Origin: Spirochaetia bacterium
GTDB lineage: Bacteria; Spirochaetota; Spirochaetia; SZUA-6; Fen-1364
Length of the DNA stretch: 64,000 bases
NCBI GenBank assembly: GCA_049515135.1
Contig: JBEKUJ010000007.1
Coordinates: 116,888 to 180,887, forward strand
Reading direction: 5' to 3'
Below, in pieces: positions 1-9,404 of this stretch. The stretch's first letter is position 1. Each line of letters starts with the position of its first letter. The translations under genes and the position numbers were made by a program. The notes under the pieces were generated by a model that had not been told where the DNA came from, made no database searches, and was given only the letters and a program-made list of their open reading frames with translations.

Positions 1-2501
1 GGCCCAAGATCTCCCGCCAAGATCGTCTTGTTCTTCAGAAGCCCTTCCACAAACGCGTCCACGAGTACCCCATCAAATTGCGTTCCCCTGTTGCGTGTCA
101 ATTCGTTGACCGCCTGCCCTGGTGACAAGGCTTTCCGATAGGGGCGGTTGCTGGTCATGGCATGGTACGCGTCGGCAATGGCTATGATCCGCGCGAAGAG
201 GGGAATCTGTTCTCCCGCAAGCCGGTTCGGATAGCCCGTGCCGTCGAAGTGTTCCTGGTGGGCGAGGATGATGGAGCTGATTTCCCGGTAGGATTCGAAA
301 TGTCCCAGCAGGTTTGCTCCCAGCTCCGGATGCTTCTTCATGATCTCCCATTCTTCTTCGGTAAGGGGCGATTCCTTGAGGAGGATCCGGTCCGGGATGC
401 CAAGCTTGCCGATATCGTGCAGCAATAGCGACTCTCTCAGCGTTCGGTCGATGAGGATGCCGTGCGCTTCCGCCAGGATGGTGCCCAGGTTGAGAACATC
501 GCGCGAATGACCCGCGGTGTTTGAGTCGCGAATTTCCAAGGATTGCGAGAAGCTCATGCTAAGCTCTTCCATTCTGGCGCTCAACTCGGCTTCCCGGACG
601 AGAGCCTGCTGGAAGTTCCGCATTGTGATTAGGTTGCGGATGCGGGCGTCCAACTCGCGAATGTTGATCGGTTTGGGAAGGTAATCATCGGCACCCTTCT
701 CCAGCCCTTGGATCTTTGATTCGAGCTCCGGCTTCGCCGTGATCAGGATCACAGGGATATGGCGCGTCTTCTCCGTGGACTTGATCCGTTGCACCAGTTC
801 GTAGCCGTCCATGCGAGGCATCATGACGTCCGAAATCACCACGTCTGGAAGTAGAGTTTGGGCCTGCTCCCAGGCGTCCAGACCATCGATTGCCGTAGAT
901 ATCTTGTATCTGAAGCGCACGAGCATTTTGCTGATGTACGATCTGAGATCGGCATTGTCCTCTACGAGCAGGATGCGGTCTGCACGGGCCTGGGACGGAG
1001 TCTCGGCGAGCCGGGGCTCCGCGTCCTTGAGAGCAATCATATCTCTCTCCATGAGCGCCAGATCGTCAACCGTGATCTTGTCGGTTTCCCTCCGGGCCGG
1101 CCATATCTTCTCCTCGTTTTGGTTCTCTGGGACCTGACGACGCCGCTCTTGGTTACGACGATCGATCAGCGCATCAGGAGACAGCTCTTCTAGATTCTCA
1201 GGCAGCTCGACCCTGAATGTCGAGCCCCTCTTTTCTTCGCTCTCGACGGTTATCCGGCCTCGCAGGATCTCTACCGACTCCTTGACTATTGTAAGCCCCA
1301 GACCTGTGCCCTCATATTTCCTGGTGGAGGAGCTGTCGACTTGCTGGAAGGGCTTGAATATGTTCGGCAGATGTTCGGCGGGAATGCCAATGCCAGTATC
1401 CCTGACCTCAAACCACTGAACGTTATCCGCTGCACCTGTCTTAACGCTGATGGATCCGCTTTCCGTAAACTTGATGGCATTCCGGATGAGGTTGGTCAAG
1501 ATCCGTTCGACTTTATATACGTCGATAAATATGGGTTTCAGTCCACCTTCACTGACGTGCCGGAGCTTCAGCCCTTTCCGCTCCGCAACGTCCTGGAAGG
1601 TTGATGCGACGTCCTGCGTCAGCTCGTCCAGATCCGTCTGTTTGAGCCGCAGCTGCATCTTCCCCGCTTCGAACTTCGAAAAATCAAGCATCTGGTTGAT
1701 CATGTCGAGCAGCTTCAGAGTGTTGCGGTACACCTGGCCGATGAGCTGTTTATGCTCTGGAGCCAGGGAGCCCAGGTCGCCCTGATACATGCTCTGGATG
1801 GGGGAGAGAATGGATGTCAGAGGCGTTCGAACCTCGTGACTCACGTTGGCGAAGAACTGGGACTTCAGCAAGTCGAGCTTCCTCAGCTCCTCGTTGGCTC
1901 TGGCGAGGTTGTATCGACCGGTGAACTCGCGAAACCGCATCTGTGTCGCCAGGTGAGAACTCAGGATGACAAGGGCTATTGTGCACAGGAGAAAAAAGTT
2001 GTTGTTCAGGAAGAGAGGTATGCTGGAAATTCGCCGAAGAACAATCATTGGAATAAGATAGGCCGAGTAGACGATCAAGGAGATTATTGATGTTCTCACT
2101 ATGTCCAGCGGCATCATTGCCAGAAATACGATTAATATTGTTATGATGCCCACATAGTAGGGGCTGGCTGGATCGCCTGTAACGTGGACCATGATGTCAA
2201 CAGCCAGGCAGCATATGAGATACTCTGCCATTCCCAACTCTCGTGAGTTGCGTTTGCCGAATTGAGTCAACGTGAGGGCATAGACACCCATGCTCAGAGC
2301 AATAACAATCAGGCGGATTATCGAAAATGCAGGCAGGAATTGACGGTAAACGAAATAATCCAGAAATGAGAAAGCAGGGAATGCGATGCAAGCAGTGATG
2401 GCAGCGAGACGTGCGTCTCGACAAGCCCTGTCAACGGATTCCTTCTTGAACGAATCAATGAGGCTGCGGTCTGCGGTTTTATCCTCTAATTCCTGAGACA
2501 T
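1..2501 (-). CDS. Membrane sensor hybrid histidine kinase with receiver and C-terminal HD-GYP phosphodiesterase domain (3' end beyond window)
   Basis: Manual translation from ATG 2501 (MSQELEDK...), in frame with the codons at base 1. About 6 hydrophobic helices; H-box KSQFFANVSHEVRTPLT; G2 box YEGTGLGL; REC ILLVEDN...PDVVISDVMMPRMDG; HD motif LLHDIGK; HQEHFDGTGYP; ARIIAIADAYHAMTSNRPYR. Confidence 0.9.
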   Translation of the reverse strand, partial: MSQELEDKTADRSLIDSFKKESVDRACRDARLAAITACIAFPAFSFLDYFVYRQFLPAFSIIRLIVIALSMGVYALTLTQFGKRNSRELGMAEYLICCLAVDIMVHVTGDPASPYYVGIITILIVFLAMMPLDIVRTSIISLIVYSAYLIPMIVLRRISSIPLFLNNNFFLLCTIALVILSSHLATQMRFREFTGRYNLARANEELRKLDLLKSQFFANVSHEVRTPLTSILSPIQSMYQGDLGSLAPEHKQLIGQVYRNTLKLLDMINQMLDFSKFEAGKMQLRLKQTDLDELTQDVASTFQDVAERKGLKLRHVSEGGLKPIFIDVYKVERILTNLIRNAIKFTESGSISVKTGAADNVQWFEVRDTGIGIPAEHLPNIFKPFQQVDSSSTRKYEGTGLGLTIVKESVEILRGRITVESEEKRGSTFRVELPENLEELSPDALIDRRNQERRRQVPENQNEEKIWPARRETDKITVDDLALMERDMIALKDAEPRLAETPSQARADRILLVEDNADLRSYISKMLVRFRYKISTAIDGLDAWEQAQTLLPDVVISDVMMPRMDGYELVQRIKSTEKTRHIPVILITAKPELESKIQGLEKGADDYLPKPINIRELDARIRNLITMRNFQQALVREAELSARMEELSMSFSQSLEIRDSNTAGHSRDVLNLGTILAEAHGILIDRTLRESLLLHDIGKLGIPDRILLKESPLTEEEWEIMKKHPELGANLLGHFESYREISSIILAHQEHFDGTGYPNRLAGEQIPLFARIIAIADAYHAMTSNRPYRKALSPGQAVNELTRNRGTQFDGVLVDAFVEGLLKNKTILAGDLG

Positions 2502-2581
2502 ACGAATGCACCATCTGACGGGAACGTCTGATTCAACGGAAGTCCTCCTTGGGGGAGATCGATACAGAGCGCGGTCTGGGA

Positions 2582-2857
2582 TCAGCCACTCTTTTGCCTC
2601 ATGAGTCTGTCCATTAGATCGTAAAAATCGCCGACTGACTGAATGCTGGCGAAGAGCGTTTCATCAATCTTGATTCCCAGGGCTTTTTCCAACCGGGCGA
2701 TAATTTCCATGGACATGAGGCTGTCAATACCCAGCTCTTCGCGGATCAGAACGTGATCCTGCAACTCGTTGACATCAATTCGCGAAATCCTTGATACGAT
2801 CTGTTTGATCTCGTTCTTAAGGCTTTCCGGATCGTGCTGTTCTTTCAGATTACCCAT
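2582..2857 (-). CDS. Acyl carrier protein
   Basis: LGIDSL phosphopantetheine Ser motif; ~90 aa; AGGAGG upstream of ATG 2857. Confidence 0.9.
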   Translation of the reverse strand: MGNLKEQHDPESLKNEIKQIVSRISRIDVNELQDHVLIREELGIDSLMSMEIIARLEKALGIKIDETLFASIQSVGDFYDLMDRLMRQKSG

Positions 2858-2872
2858 TCCAGACAAACCTCC

Positions 2873-4264
2873 TTAGTCAACTCTTATGTTCTTTGGAATC
2901 TTATACCCCGCAAGAGTACCGCGCAAGAAGGTCTTGATCTGCTTCACTTTCTCTTCGAAATCAATTTTTCTGCTAAGGCCAAGATTTGCGAAGAGCTCGT
3001 TCCGTTCCCAACCCACGTGAACCTCTGCCACATCCGGGTCTAGCCGAATTGCGCGGGAAACCTCTTCCAGATCCACCATATTGCCGTTTATCTTCCGAGT
3101 TTTCTTTAGCTCTCCGTGAAAAACCAAATGATCTCCATCAAATCGGCCCAGATCCCCGGTCCTGAACCAATCATCATTTTGCGCTTCCTGTGACTCCCAG
3201 CGCCTCCCGTAATACGTTGCACCAATTTGGGGCGCCCTAATCAGGATCTCTCCGACGACGTTGGGTTTGGGCGAATCGATCCGGCATGTCACTCCGTTGC
3301 ACACCGGCCCAACGGTTCCAGCGCGAGCTCGACCGCGGATGTTCCGGCTGACAGGGGCGAACTCTGTAAGGCCATAGCCATGCAGCAGGTCGACAGGAAA
3401 AGCTCTTTTGATGTTCATATAGCTGTCCGCCGTCAGGAGGCTGCCGCCGGAGACAAATACCTTGAGAGAAGAGAGGTCCGCGGAAGAATCGTGCAGCCGA
3501 GCCAGCAGCGAGTAAACCTCTGGAACTGACGTCACGTGATCGATTCGGAGATCTTCTATACAATTGAATAGCTGGCGTGGATGCATGGTGTCAGAAATGA
3601 CACAAGACATTCCATAGAGCAAGGGAACCAGGATGCAGCCCACGAGGGTAAAAATGTGAGCCATCGGGAGAACTGTCAGCATCTTTTCTCCCTTGCTTCC
3701 CTGGAGGCCGTCCTGCAGCACTCTGGCTCCATGAAGATACTGCCCGTGCGTGATCATTGCTCCCAGCGGATACCCGTAGCCTCGATATGTGTAATTGACT
3801 GAGGCTAAATCCGGAGGGATGTCTTCCCTGGGCGGCCCTCCGTCGCCACCTTGGAGCGGGGAGAGTGAACCACTCTCCAAAATGATAACAGTAACCCCTT
3901 TCAGGTATGGCTTCAGGACAGGGATATGGTGTCTTTCCGCAATAACCGCTTCCGGTCGGGCATTCCCGAAGATCTCGTCAAGCTCAAGAGAGCGGTATTC
4001 CATTTTGGCCGGCACGGGAACTGCGCGGACCTGGAGCAGCGCAAGGAGGATTGTGATGAAATCTGCGGAGTTGTTGAGGAACAGGGGAATGAAATGCCCT
4101 TTCCGAACTCCCAAGGCCAGGAGTTGAGCGGCGTACTCTGCGACGCGGCGAAACAACTCCTGCGAGCTAGTTGCAGTAGTCCCGTGCTCGCGATTCACTT
4201 CCAGAAGACACGGACGATCTCCCCAATCGCAGAGTGAGTCAGAGAGCGCTTCGCCAATCGTCAT
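2873..4264 (-). CDS. ANL-family adenylate-forming enzyme (acyl-CoA/acyl-ACP ligase-like) with degenerate motifs
   Basis: GYGLTE and FRTGDLG are conserved; the A3 P-loop reads YTYRGYGYPLGA; ATGA overlap with the upstream gene. Confidence 0.8.
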   Translation of the reverse strand: MTIGEALSDSLCDWGDRPCLLEVNREHGTTATSSQELFRRVAEYAAQLLALGVRKGHFIPLFLNNSADFITILLALLQVRAVPVPAKMEYRSLELDEIFGNARPEAVIAERHHIPVLKPYLKGVTVIILESGSLSPLQGGDGGPPREDIPPDLASVNYTYRGYGYPLGAMITHGQYLHGARVLQDGLQGSKGEKMLTVLPMAHIFTLVGCILVPLLYGMSCVISDTMHPRQLFNCIEDLRIDHVTSVPEVYSLLARLHDSSADLSSLKVFVSGGSLLTADSYMNIKRAFPVDLLHGYGLTEFAPVSRNIRGRARAGTVGPVCNGVTCRIDSPKPNVVGEILIRAPQIGATYYGRRWESQEAQNDDWFRTGDLGRFDGDHLVFHGELKKTRKINGNMVDLEEVSRAIRLDPDVAEVHVGWERNELFANLGLSRKIDFEEKVKQIKTFLRGTLAGYKIPKNIRVD

Positions 4265-7200
4265 CTGATTTCCTTTGTTGAGGGACTCTGAAGAAGTCCC
4301 CCCTGGGGGGAGGGGCTGTTATACCTTTCACCTTGTTTTTCTTTTCTTGCAATTGCGATCTGCGCCTGTGGTGGATTGCCCATTGCATTTTGAATCTCTA
4401 TTTCGCGGAAGCCGGCAAAGGACAGCAAGTCCCGTAGCTCTTCGGCGGTGTGAAACCTGAAGAATCCATCCTCTTCCAGCTCGAACAGACTTGCTGCTTC
4501 GTTAAGCATCCCTAATGCGCCGCTCACCCCCGCCTCTTCATTCCTGGTTTTACCCTCGTCGCAGTCCTGTTTCTGCAGTTTTTTGATGAAGTTTATGAAA
4601 ATCTGGGAAATGTCGCCGTCGGGCTTCATTGATGACATGATCAAGAGCCCTCCGGGTTTCAGCATCCGATAAAACTCTGCTACCGCGTACCGGGGATTGA
4701 AGATGTAAGAGATGAACAGGCTTGCAACGATCCTCGTGAAATGGCTGTCGGGGAATTGAAATCCAAGGTTCCGGTCATAATCGCCGAAGTTCAAAGCATT
4801 GAATACCAGGTCGCTCGTGCGAAGCGCATCCGTGGGGAGTCCTTTCGATCCTCCCTGCGGTTGTATATCTCCATCCTCGACTCGATGCGCAAGGAACCGG
4901 GCCGCGCGGTTGAAATCCAGTACGGCAGGCAGATCACTGCTGTCAAGCATTGTTTGGAGGTGGGAGACTGTTTCAGCTGAGGGGGCCCCGCCTCGTATGA
5001 ACGCATACAATTCGGAGGATTCGCATCGCATAAGGCGGTCCAGGGTTGCGTTCGAAAGCCCTTCGACCTTGCCTCTGAGGAAATCGAAAGTCTGGGATCT
5101 CGACCGTATGAAGTCCGTAACGGGAATGAGCCGGTTTGGCTCAAGGTTCCGCTGGATATACTGCATCCGGAGGCCTCGAAGAACAGGGTTTTCCACGATC
5201 AGGCGCTCGCATTTTGCCCTCGTCTTGTCCAAGGCCTCCTGCACGAGATCCACCGCAGTTATTTCATGCTCGGCTTGGAGTTTTCCGTTGTGAGCGAGGG
5301 TATCCAACAGTACTTCAAGGAAAATACCTGTTCCACATCCGAGATCTGCAATGATCTCCCGATCGTTCAGTGCCAGACTCTGGACTTCAGATCTCAAGAA
5401 GGCTGTGAACTCTTCGATGTTCCTATAGAAATCATAGCCGACGCTGCTTCTCTCATTCCCGATAAGGTAGTCTCGCCAATACTCGGAAATCAGCGAGATC
5501 GGTCTGCCCTGCAATCGCTCCCGCTCATTGGTCAACAGGCGTACCATGTCCTCTCTGCAGGGGTCGCGAGGAACGATGCGTACTCCCTGCAGCTTCTCGT
5601 AGATGAAGCCCGCCATCAGCTTGAAGGTCTGAATGGCGTCGTTGCTTGTGCGGAGGTTGTGACCTGTCGGAATTTCAAGAAGCTCACGGCTTCCGCCGGC
5701 GCTGACGGACATGAGGTCTGAGACTTCCTCCTGGTCGATCCACTTGTCAAACCGGCCGTAGATCCAAAGAACAGGAATCCCGATCCGTGACATATCGAGT
5801 CGCGCGTCCGTCACATACGCGTATTTCTCCTCCACGAGATCGTGCGCGGTGCGGTCCATGTCGACAAGATGGCCCAGCAGCCCCAAAATGCCGTTGGGAA
5901 TCCCCGTGCGATAATTGCTGATGACATCGATCCCGCCAAGGACATTTCGAAGGGTTGATTGCGCCGAAGGCGCCCCCATGCAGCTGATCCAAAGCACAAT
6001 CCCGCTCTCTTGCTGAAGGGCTAACAGCCTGCGGGCCTCGATGGCGGACATGCTGAAGGTTATAAGGATTACTTTCTTGGCAGTGAAATACGGATTGTTG
6101 CGAGCAAATGATAGCGCCGCCTCAAGGTCATCGAGACCCTGGCCCCACCGATACGAAAGCATTTCGTAACCGCGCTTCAAGTTGATCTCGTCTTGATGGC
6201 TTTCCCCAGGCCGATTAATTCCATCGTAACGCAGGACGGCAAGCTTCCCGCTATATGCCCAGAAGCTTGCAAGAAGCGTGGCCACAAGGGGAGAGTAGGC
6301 TTCCTTTTTTTTCCCATAGGCTGGCGGAATGATGATTACAGGCGCTTCGACCGATAGCTCAGTAGCATTGATCAGTCCGCAAATCTCTTGCCCTTTCGAA
6401 TTGGCAAAACGAACAAGGACGGATTCAATGGGTCGCGACGGCCCCTCCACACTGGCCTGGTAGGGCATCTCCCGCTCCCATTCATCACCATCGATCCTGC
6501 GGGTGGGGGTCACCCTGCGCGCGATCCCTGCCTCGATTCCGATCTGCAGTCGGATACCCGAGGGTGAGGAAAACGCTTTTATATGTCGGATTTGTCCAAA
6601 ACAATCAAGCCCAAGTCTCTCGTCGGCGATGTAGCGCACGCCTTTCCCCTGCTGAAAGAAAGCCTGACAATCGGGCGAGACGAGAATCTCGCAGAGAAAC
6701 CCCCTGCGGCTGATGTCGATCAAGGGCCCGCGAAACGTTCTCTGCGGACACTCCTCTGCCGAGATGGTGATATCCAGACCGGAGTCTGCGTGAAGGAGTT
6801 TTCTCTGGTAGGAGCGGCTGTCCGACCTCAGGACTAACGCTGGCAGATGGAAGGACGGGAGGTCCGCGCGAGAATCGACTGCCTCCGTCATGAAGAAATA
6901 GCTGTTTCCATTCCACGAAAAAGTGAAGTAAACCGCTCGTCCGGCCATGGTCCCTGCCGACGTAGCCTCATGAGTCAACGTGATCGAGAACTCACGCCGG
7001 TCTTCATTCACCTCAACGATAGTATGCTCCTGAACCGTCAACGAGCTGTCCATCAAAAGGCTGAGGGGAACGCAATGCACCTTCAGAGATTGAAGCGTAC
7101 GAGTGATCTGCTCGGAATCATCAATGCGATGCTCCTTCGCCAGTGGTAGTGCCTCCAGGTGATGGTGCAGGTTGCGGATGGTTCCCCCCATTGAGCGGTC

Positions 7201-7842
7201 CAAGACCAGATTCCTCAGTCGGCGTTCCTCCAACTCTGTCATGCGGGACAATCGGACGCCGGCAGTTCGAGTCCTTCGCAATGCATCATCGATTACATAC
7301 ACGACCTTGCCCTGCAGTCGGAGAGGACGAGGGTCGCCGGGAATGGTAATGCTCAGGTGCAGGAGATCCTCCGCCTGTAATCTGCCGACATAGCTCAGCA
7401 GGAGGCCGTCAACGGAAAGGTTTTCGATCGAGAGGATTTGAACTTCTCGCCTGTCGGTTGAAACGTCCTCAATGTGGCAGGAGGTGCGAGGGAGGTTGCG
7501 AGAATCTCCCTGCTTTCGTTGCAGTTCCTGAATGAACTTATCCACAAGAAGGAGCTGGCTCCCTGCTCTTGCAAGGAACTCAATTCCAAGGAAACGATCT
7601 TCCGAGTCGCCCCGCGCGTGGTTTCGAACTAACCTGCAAGGCAGCTGGATTCGTTCGCCTGATGCAGGGATGGTGAATGCGATGCTGTGAATTGAATCGT
7701 AGGACGCGGGCACTCTTACAACAACCTGTATGCCGGTCCGGCTGATGTCCACCGAAGCGCCCGAGATGGTTCCGGCTTCAGTGGCGATTTCAACAATTCC
7801 CGTGTGACGGATGCGAATCTTTTTTCGTTTTTCCGGCTTCAT
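4261..7842 (-). CDS. Multidomain protein: 3 PilZ domains + LuxD-like alpha/beta hydrolase + class I SAM methyltransferase
   Basis: PilZ motif pairs RKKIR/DISRTG, RNLPR/NLSVDG, RSYQR/DISRRG; hydrolase IIIPPAYG...LRYDG...ITFSMSA...TGHNL; MTase IADLGCGTG and EFYRMLKPGG. Confidence 0.8.
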   Translation of the reverse strand: MKPEKRKKIRIRHTGIVEIATEAGTISGASVDISRTGIQVVVRVPASYDSIHSIAFTIPASGERIQLPCRLVRNHARGDSEDRFLGIEFLARAGSQLLLVDKFIQELQRKQGDSRNLPRTSCHIEDVSTDRREVQILSIENLSVDGLLLSYVGRLQAEDLLHLSITIPGDPRPLRLQGKVVYVIDDALRRTRTAGVRLSRMTELEERRLRNLVLDRSMGGTIRNLHHHLEALPLAKEHRIDDSEQITRTLQSLKVHCVPLSLLMDSSLTVQEHTIVEVNEDRREFSITLTHEATSAGTMAGRAVYFTFSWNGNSYFFMTEAVDSRADLPSFHLPALVLRSDSRSYQRKLLHADSGLDITISAEECPQRTFRGPLIDISRRGFLCEILVSPDCQAFFQQGKGVRYIADERLGLDCFGQIRHIKAFSSPSGIRLQIGIEAGIARRVTPTRRIDGDEWEREMPYQASVEGPSRPIESVLVRFANSKGQEICGLINATELSVEAPVIIIPPAYGKKKEAYSPLVATLLASFWAYSGKLAVLRYDGINRPGESHQDEINLKRGYEMLSYRWGQGLDDLEAALSFARNNPYFTAKKVILITFSMSAIEARRLLALQQESGIVLWISCMGAPSAQSTLRNVLGGIDVISNYRTGIPNGILGLLGHLVDMDRTAHDLVEEKYAYVTDARLDMSRIGIPVLWIYGRFDKWIDQEEVSDLMSVSAGGSRELLEIPTGHNLRTSNDAIQTFKLMAGFIYEKLQGVRIVPRDPCREDMVRLLTNERERLQGRPISLISEYWRDYLIGNERSSVGYDFYRNIEEFTAFLRSEVQSLALNDREIIADLGCGTGIFLEVLLDTLAHNGKLQAEHEITAVDLVQEALDKTRAKCERLIVENPVLRGLRMQYIQRNLEPNRLIPVTDFIRSRSQTFDFLRGKVEGLSNATLDRLMRCESSELYAFIRGGAPSAETVSHLQTMLDSSDLPAVLDFNRAARFLAHRVEDGDIQPQGGSKGLPTDALRTSDLVFNALNFGDYDRNLGFQFPDSHFTRIVASLFISYIFNPRYAVAEFYRMLKPGGLLIMSSMKPDGDISQIFINFIKKLQKQDCDEGKTRNEEAGVSGALGMLNEAASLFELEEDGFFRFHTAEELRDLLSFAGFREIEIQNAMGNPPQAQIAIARKEKQGERYNSPSPQGGLLQSPSTKEIR

Positions 7843-7978
7843 TGGAAGCACTACCCGACAGCCATTCTATAAGGACTCTTCCATGCGGTCAACGATGACG
7901 CTACTTTCGGATCAAGCCAAATCCAGGAACGCTCATGGCAAGGAACCGTCTGGATTGTGTGACTCGCCAATCGGCAGT

Positions 7979-9322
7979 ATGATGCTCACCATGAGCAGCA
8001 AGCTGAAGCGAATATGCCTGATTCACCCGAAACGGGCTGTCTGGTCCAGGAACCCGACGATCACGCAGGCATTGCAAGAAAGTCACCGTCACCTGAGGGC
8101 TTATTCCGCCCCACCGCTAGGTCTGTTGACGGTTGCGGCCTTGACCCCCGCCGATATCGAGGTCGAGTTGATACTGGAAGATTTCGCTCCTATTGACTAT
8201 GACCCGAACTACGACTTGGTTGGCATTTCTGCCATGACACACACGGCGCAGCGAGCATACCAGATAGCAGGGGAGTTCAGGGCCAGGGGAATATATGTCG
8301 TTTTCGGCGGTATTCACGCCACAGTAGTGCCGGAGGAAGCTTCACTCCACGCGGATACAGTTATCGTTGGTGAAGCCGAGGAGCTGTGGCCCCGTTTCTT
8401 GCAGGACTTCAGGAACGGCGAACCGCGCAAGATCTACAGGAATCCTTCGGGATATCGTGTCGACCTTGGGCTTTCACCTGTTCCGAGGTACGATCTGTTA
8501 AAGGGCAAAGCGGCGCAAGGGGACCCTGACTTCTACTATAATCTCGTTCCTGTCCAAGTCAGCCGCGGATGTCCACACGGTTGTGATTTCTGCATCGTCA
8601 CGGACATTTACGGGAAGAAGCCTCGAAAAAAATCCATCGACCAGGTAAGGGCAGAAATCCTGTCTATCAAGCACTATCTTCCGAACCACATCGTCGGGTT
8701 TGCGGACGACAACATCTTCATCGACCGCCAATTCGCGAAGGATTTGCTGCTGGAGGTTGAGAAGCTTGGCATCCGGTGGGTCGGCCAGTCCGACATCTCC
8801 ATCGGCGCGCACGATGAGCTTCTCGAGCTCATATACAGGAGTGGATGCCTCTTCCTGCTGGTTGGGTTCGAAAGCCTGGATCCACAGAATCTGACCGGCA
8901 TGAACCCTAATAATTGGAAACTTCGGCAGCTGGAGAAATATGAGAAAAACGTTAGAAATATCCAAGAACACGGAATCATAGTCCTCGGTTCATTCATCAC
9001 GGGTCTGGACAACGATGATAAAGGAGTTTTCGGGCGAATTGTGGACTTCATGAACCGCAACAGGATTACCGGAGACCTGACGTTCGCAACGCCCCTGCCC
9101 GGCTCGAGATTGTTCGAGCGAATCAAGCGTGAAGGCAGGTTTCTCTACCCTGAGCCATTCTGGGATCGCTGCACCTTCTTCGACGTCATCTTCAAAATGA
9201 AGAAGATGAGCAAGGTCGATGCTGAGGAGGGAATAACCTGGGCCTACCAGCAGATTTCAAATGAAGAAGCTTTCAAGAACCGGGCAGCGTATCTCAAGGA
9301 GGTGTACAAGAGGCTCGCTTGA
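7979..9322 (+). CDS. B12-binding-domain radical SAM protein
   Basis: SRGCPHGCDFC CxxxCxxC motif; N-terminal PPLGLLTVAA...GGIHAT...GEAE pattern. The start is uncertain (7979 or 7991). Confidence 0.85.
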   Translation: MMLTMSSKLKRICLIHPKRAVWSRNPTITQALQESHRHLRAYSAPPLGLLTVAALTPADIEVELILEDFAPIDYDPNYDLVGISAMTHTAQRAYQIAGEFRARGIYVVFGGIHATVVPEEASLHADTVIVGEAEELWPRFLQDFRNGEPRKIYRNPSGYRVDLGLSPVPRYDLLKGKAAQGDPDFYYNLVPVQVSRGCPHGCDFCIVTDIYGKKPRKKSIDQVRAEILSIKHYLPNHIVGFADDNIFIDRQFAKDLLLEVEKLGIRWVGQSDISIGAHDELLELIYRSGCLFLLVGFESLDPQNLTGMNPNNWKLRQLEKYEKNVRNIQEHGIIVLGSFITGLDNDDKGVFGRIVDFMNRNRITGDLTFATPLPGSRLFERIKREGRFLYPEPFWDRCTFFDVIFKMKKMSKVDAEEGITWAYQQISNEEAFKNRAAYLKEVYKRLA

Positions 9323-9404
9323 GAAGAGGTGAAGGCAAGTCGCCTGACAACACGCGTATTGCTTTTCCGACCCTTGCCCCGCACAATCGTGAGGGGCGCC
9401 CCTC

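Noticed and set aside
73-2424. Many short ORFs in the first 2.4 kb
   Set aside because: All overlap the long minus-strand kinase frame, which carries the recognisable motifs.
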